Origin: Candidatus Omnitrophota bacterium
GTDB lineage: Bacteria > Omnitrophota > Gorgyraeia > Zapsychrales > Zapsychraceae
Length of the DNA stretch: 64,000 nt
Assembly: GCA_029261055.1 (NCBI GenBank)
Contig: JAJDCA010000044.1
Span: forward strand, 77,867 to 141,866
Direction of reading: 5' to 3'
Shown here piece by piece: positions 61,498 through 64,000 of the stretch (positions are counted from its first letter, which is position 1; the number at the start of each line of letters is the position of its first letter). A program made the translations under genes and the position numbers. The notes below the pieces were generated by a model that saw only the letters and a list, made by a program, of their open reading frames with translations, had not been told where the DNA came from and made no database searches.

Positions 61498-62375
61498 CAT
61501 TATTTACCATTATTACTTTATTGCTATTTTCTTCACCAGTATTCGCCCAAAGAGATTTTACAAACGTAGTCATTAATACAATCCCTGTCAGCGGAAATAT
61601 TTACATGTTGGAAGGATCTGGCGGAAACATTGGCGTATCGGTAGGAGAGGACGGCATTTTGTTGGTGGATGATCAGTTTGCACCTCTTTCGGATAAAATT
61701 CAAAAGGCCCTAACCGACATCAAAGATGTCCCTGTCAAATTTGTCCTGAATACGCACTGGCATGGTGATCACACAGGCGGCAATGAACATTTTGGGGCTT
61801 CCGCCACGATTATTGCGCATGACAATGTGCGTAAACGACTTTCCGAAAAACAAGTAATTGAACTTTTTGATAGTGTCAAAGAACCTTCGCCTAAAGGGGC
61901 ATTGCCTGCCGTAACTTTTTCTAAAAATTTATCGGTTCATTTCAACGGGGAAGAAATCAAAGTTATCCATTTCCCCAATGGACATACCGACGGTGATAGT
62001 GTCATATTCTTTACGCAATCCAATGTCGTGCATATGGGAGACCATTTCTTTGCCGGACGATTTCCATTTATTGATTTATCCAGCGGTGGTAATGTGAAAG
62101 GATACACGGCTAATGTCGCAAAACTCATTAAACAAATTCCGAACAATGCGAAAATCATCCCGGGCCATGGCGAATTAGCCACAAAAAAAGAATTAGAAAC
62201 ATTTCATCAAATGCTCACAAAAACAACTCATATTATTCAATCTAAAATTGCGGAAAAAAAGTCACTCGAAGAAATTCAAAAAGAAAGCCTGCCCGATACA
62301 TGGAAATCCTGGGGAACAGGATTTATTAATACAGAATCTTGGATTAAGATTGTTTACAATAGTTTAACACAATGA
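61488..62375 (+). CDS. secreted metallo-beta-lactamase-fold hydrolase
   Basis: Signal peptide; HWHGDHTGG (HxHxDH) zinc motif. Confidence 0.8.
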   Translation: MHITLFTIITLLLFSSPVFAQRDFTNVVINTIPVSGNIYMLEGSGGNIGVSVGEDGILLVDDQFAPLSDKIQKALTDIKDVPVKFVLNTHWHGDHTGGNEHFGASATIIAHDNVRKRLSEKQVIELFDSVKEPSPKGALPAVTFSKNLSVHFNGEEIKVIHFPNGHTDGDSVIFFTQSNVVHMGDHFFAGRFPFIDLSSGGNVKGYTANVAKLIKQIPNNAKIIPGHGELATKKELETFHQMLTKTTHIIQSKIAEKKSLEEIQKESLPDTWKSWGTGFINTESWIKIVYNSLTQ

Positions 62376-64000
62376 TACCTAACAAACGCGACCACACAAA
62401 ACTTATCTGCGACATTGGTGAATTAACGAATCTGTTTACAGATTCTTCCGACCTCGAGAATTTTTTACAAAAAACTGTCGAAATGATTGCGCATCATATG
62501 TATGCCGATGTCTGCTCGATTTATTTGTATTATGCGGATACACGTGAGCTTGTATTAAATGCCACAACCGGTCTCAACCCGGATTTTATCGGCAATATCA
62601 GCTTAAAATTGGGAGAAGGGCTTAGCGGGCTTGCCCTTAAAGAATTACGCCCTATCTGCGAACGTCAAGCCAGTACCAATCCAAATTTTAAATTCTTTCA
62701 AGGCTTGGGAGAAGAAAAATTTGAGTCGTTTTTAGCGGTACCGATTTCTCGGGGGACGACAAAAATTGGTACGATGGTTGTTCAAAACACCAAAAAGAAT
62801 TTTTTTCAACCGAACGACATTCACGTTCTCAAGGCTATTACGACCCAGCTGGCTAATACCATTGAAATGACCCGCCTTATTTTATCTATCGAAGAAAATC
62901 ATGATCTCAAACGTGATTTTCTTGATGATACCGAAGTTGATTTCTCTCTCATTAAGGGAAAAGTGGGATCAACCGGTGGAGACATATCCGGATTTGTGAT
63001 GGCAAAAAGTTACACGTTGTCAGACTCCTCAGACACTTTTTCAGTTTCACCGGAACAATTCCCCGCATGCTCCCTTGATGATTTTTATGCGGCGGCTAAA
63101 CGTTCTGAGCAACAATTAGAACAGATGCAAAAACGTGTTGAGGAACAACTATCCGATGTAGCTTCTTTAATTTTTACAGCCCAAATTTTGATGCTAAAAG
63201 ATAAAGCCTTTATGAATGCTATGGTCGATCTTATTAAAAATGATATCAATCCGCCTGAAGCTGTTATTCAAATAACAAAACTCTACATTGAAAAATTTAA
63301 GAAATTGCCACAAAGTTATTTGCGAGAAAAAAGCCATGATGTTTTTGATGTTGGTAAACGATTATTAGAAAACCTCACAGGACAGGGCGCACACCTTCCA
63401 ACATGCGAAGGACATATTGTCATTGCACCACAACTTCTCCCATCTGATGTCTTAAAATTAGCCTCCCAAAATGTGTGTGGTGTCATCCTATTAAGTGGTG
63501 GTGTCACCGGCCATGTGGCTATTCTCGCGCGTTCTTTGGCTTTGCCGGTTGTTATTGTAAATATGCCGCAGATCATGGATATTCCTCACGGGACAAAAAT
63601 TCTTTTTGATACTGTTTCGGGAAATATCTATGTTGATCCTTCAAAACAGATCATCAAAACATATCAGGATAAAAAATCTGCCGGTGCCCACGCCCAAATT
63701 AAAGAAGGTAAAGTTTCTGTTTCAAAAATCACAAAAACACGTGATGATGTAAAAATAAACCTCCTGGCCAATGTAAATCTTTTAAGCGATTTGCGCATTG
63801 CTAAGGCTTTTAGAGCCCAAGGAGTGGGGCTTTACCGCAGTGAATTTCCATTTATTGTCCGACGTAATTTTCCCAGTGAAGAAGAACAGTTTCTCATTTA
63901 TCAAAAGCTTATCGACATCATAGACGGCCAGCCATTGACATTTCGGACATTAGATATCGGGGGGGATAAGGTTTTATCTTACTTTCAGGATTATTCGATG
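62372..64000 (+). CDS. ptsP: phosphoenolpyruvate-protein phosphotransferase with an N-terminal GAF domain (EI-Ntr type), 3' partial at window end
   Basis: Not in the track (no stop inside the window). Frame open from the ATG at 62372 (ATGA overlap with the upstream stop) to 64000; GAF-like N-terminus; PEP-utilising enzyme motifs GGVTGHVAILARSLALP and GLYRSEFPF. Confidence 0.8.
   Translation, partial: MIPNKRDHTKLICDIGELTNLFTDSSDLENFLQKTVEMIAHHMYADVCSIYLYYADTRELVLNATTGLNPDFIGNISLKLGEGLSGLALKELRPICERQASTNPNFKFFQGLGEEKFESFLAVPISRGTTKIGTMVVQNTKKNFFQPNDIHVLKAITTQLANTIEMTRLILSIEENHDLKRDFLDDTEVDFSLIKGKVGSTGGDISGFVMAKSYTLSDSSDTFSVSPEQFPACSLDDFYAAAKRSEQQLEQMQKRVEEQLSDVASLIFTAQILMLKDKAFMNAMVDLIKNDINPPEAVIQITKLYIEKFKKLPQSYLREKSHDVFDVGKRLLENLTGQGAHLPTCEGHIVIAPQLLPSDVLKLASQNVCGVILLSGGVTGHVAILARSLALPVVIVNMPQIMDIPHGTKILFDTVSGNIYVDPSKQIIKTYQDKKSAGAHAQIKEGKVSVSKITKTRDDVKINLLANVNLLSDLRIAKAFRAQGVGLYRSEFPFIVRRNFPSEEEQFLIYQKLIDIIDGQPLTFRTLDIGGDKVLSYFQDYSM

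Overview
AT-rich (about 35% GC) bacterial chromosomal segment. Lineage cannot be assigned from sequence alone. No tRNA, rRNA, CRISPR array or transposase was seen.

The core content is energy metabolism:
- Haem synthesis: hemA, and a membrane-extended ferrochelatase (hemH).
- A complete F1Fo ATP synthase operon (atpZ-like, atpBEFHAGDC), with an MNT/HEPN toxin-antitoxin pair translationally embedded between atpG and atpD.
- A Rieske / split cytochrome b6 / subunit-IV / octahaem cytochrome c complex, followed by an ECF sigma factor and an anti-sigma-vWA gene.
- A stand-alone NuoF-like flavoprotein.
- An aa3-type cytochrome oxidase cluster (subunits I, III, IV, II) with haem A synthase, haem O synthase, Sco1, a DUF420-like protein and an upstream candidate copper protein.
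- A 7Fe ferredoxin and a B12-binding radical SAM enzyme.
- At the 3' end, a class-V aminotransferase, an MBL hydrolase and ptsP (GAF-EI, partial).

The accessory content is a previously unrecognisable family of four giant paralogous secreted proteins (1048-3226 aa), in two tandem pairs:
- They share a Sec signal peptide with an AQA-type cleavage site, a conserved N-terminal domain of about 340 aa ending in KYFSGG, and a short conserved C-terminal motif.
- Their centres are completely different: one carries a Nudix box; the giant one carries HEAT-like repeats, an MgtE-N-like segment, Pro/Thr linkers and a 291-bp internal tandem duplication.
- Every copy is flanked by type II toxin-antitoxin modules.
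- One copy is followed by a PIN cassette and an orphan duplicate of its own 3' end.
- One copy appears to initiate at a non-ATG (ATA) codon.

Several GC-rich palindromic elements sit in-frame inside coding sequences (hemH, paralog 4) and in operon junctions.
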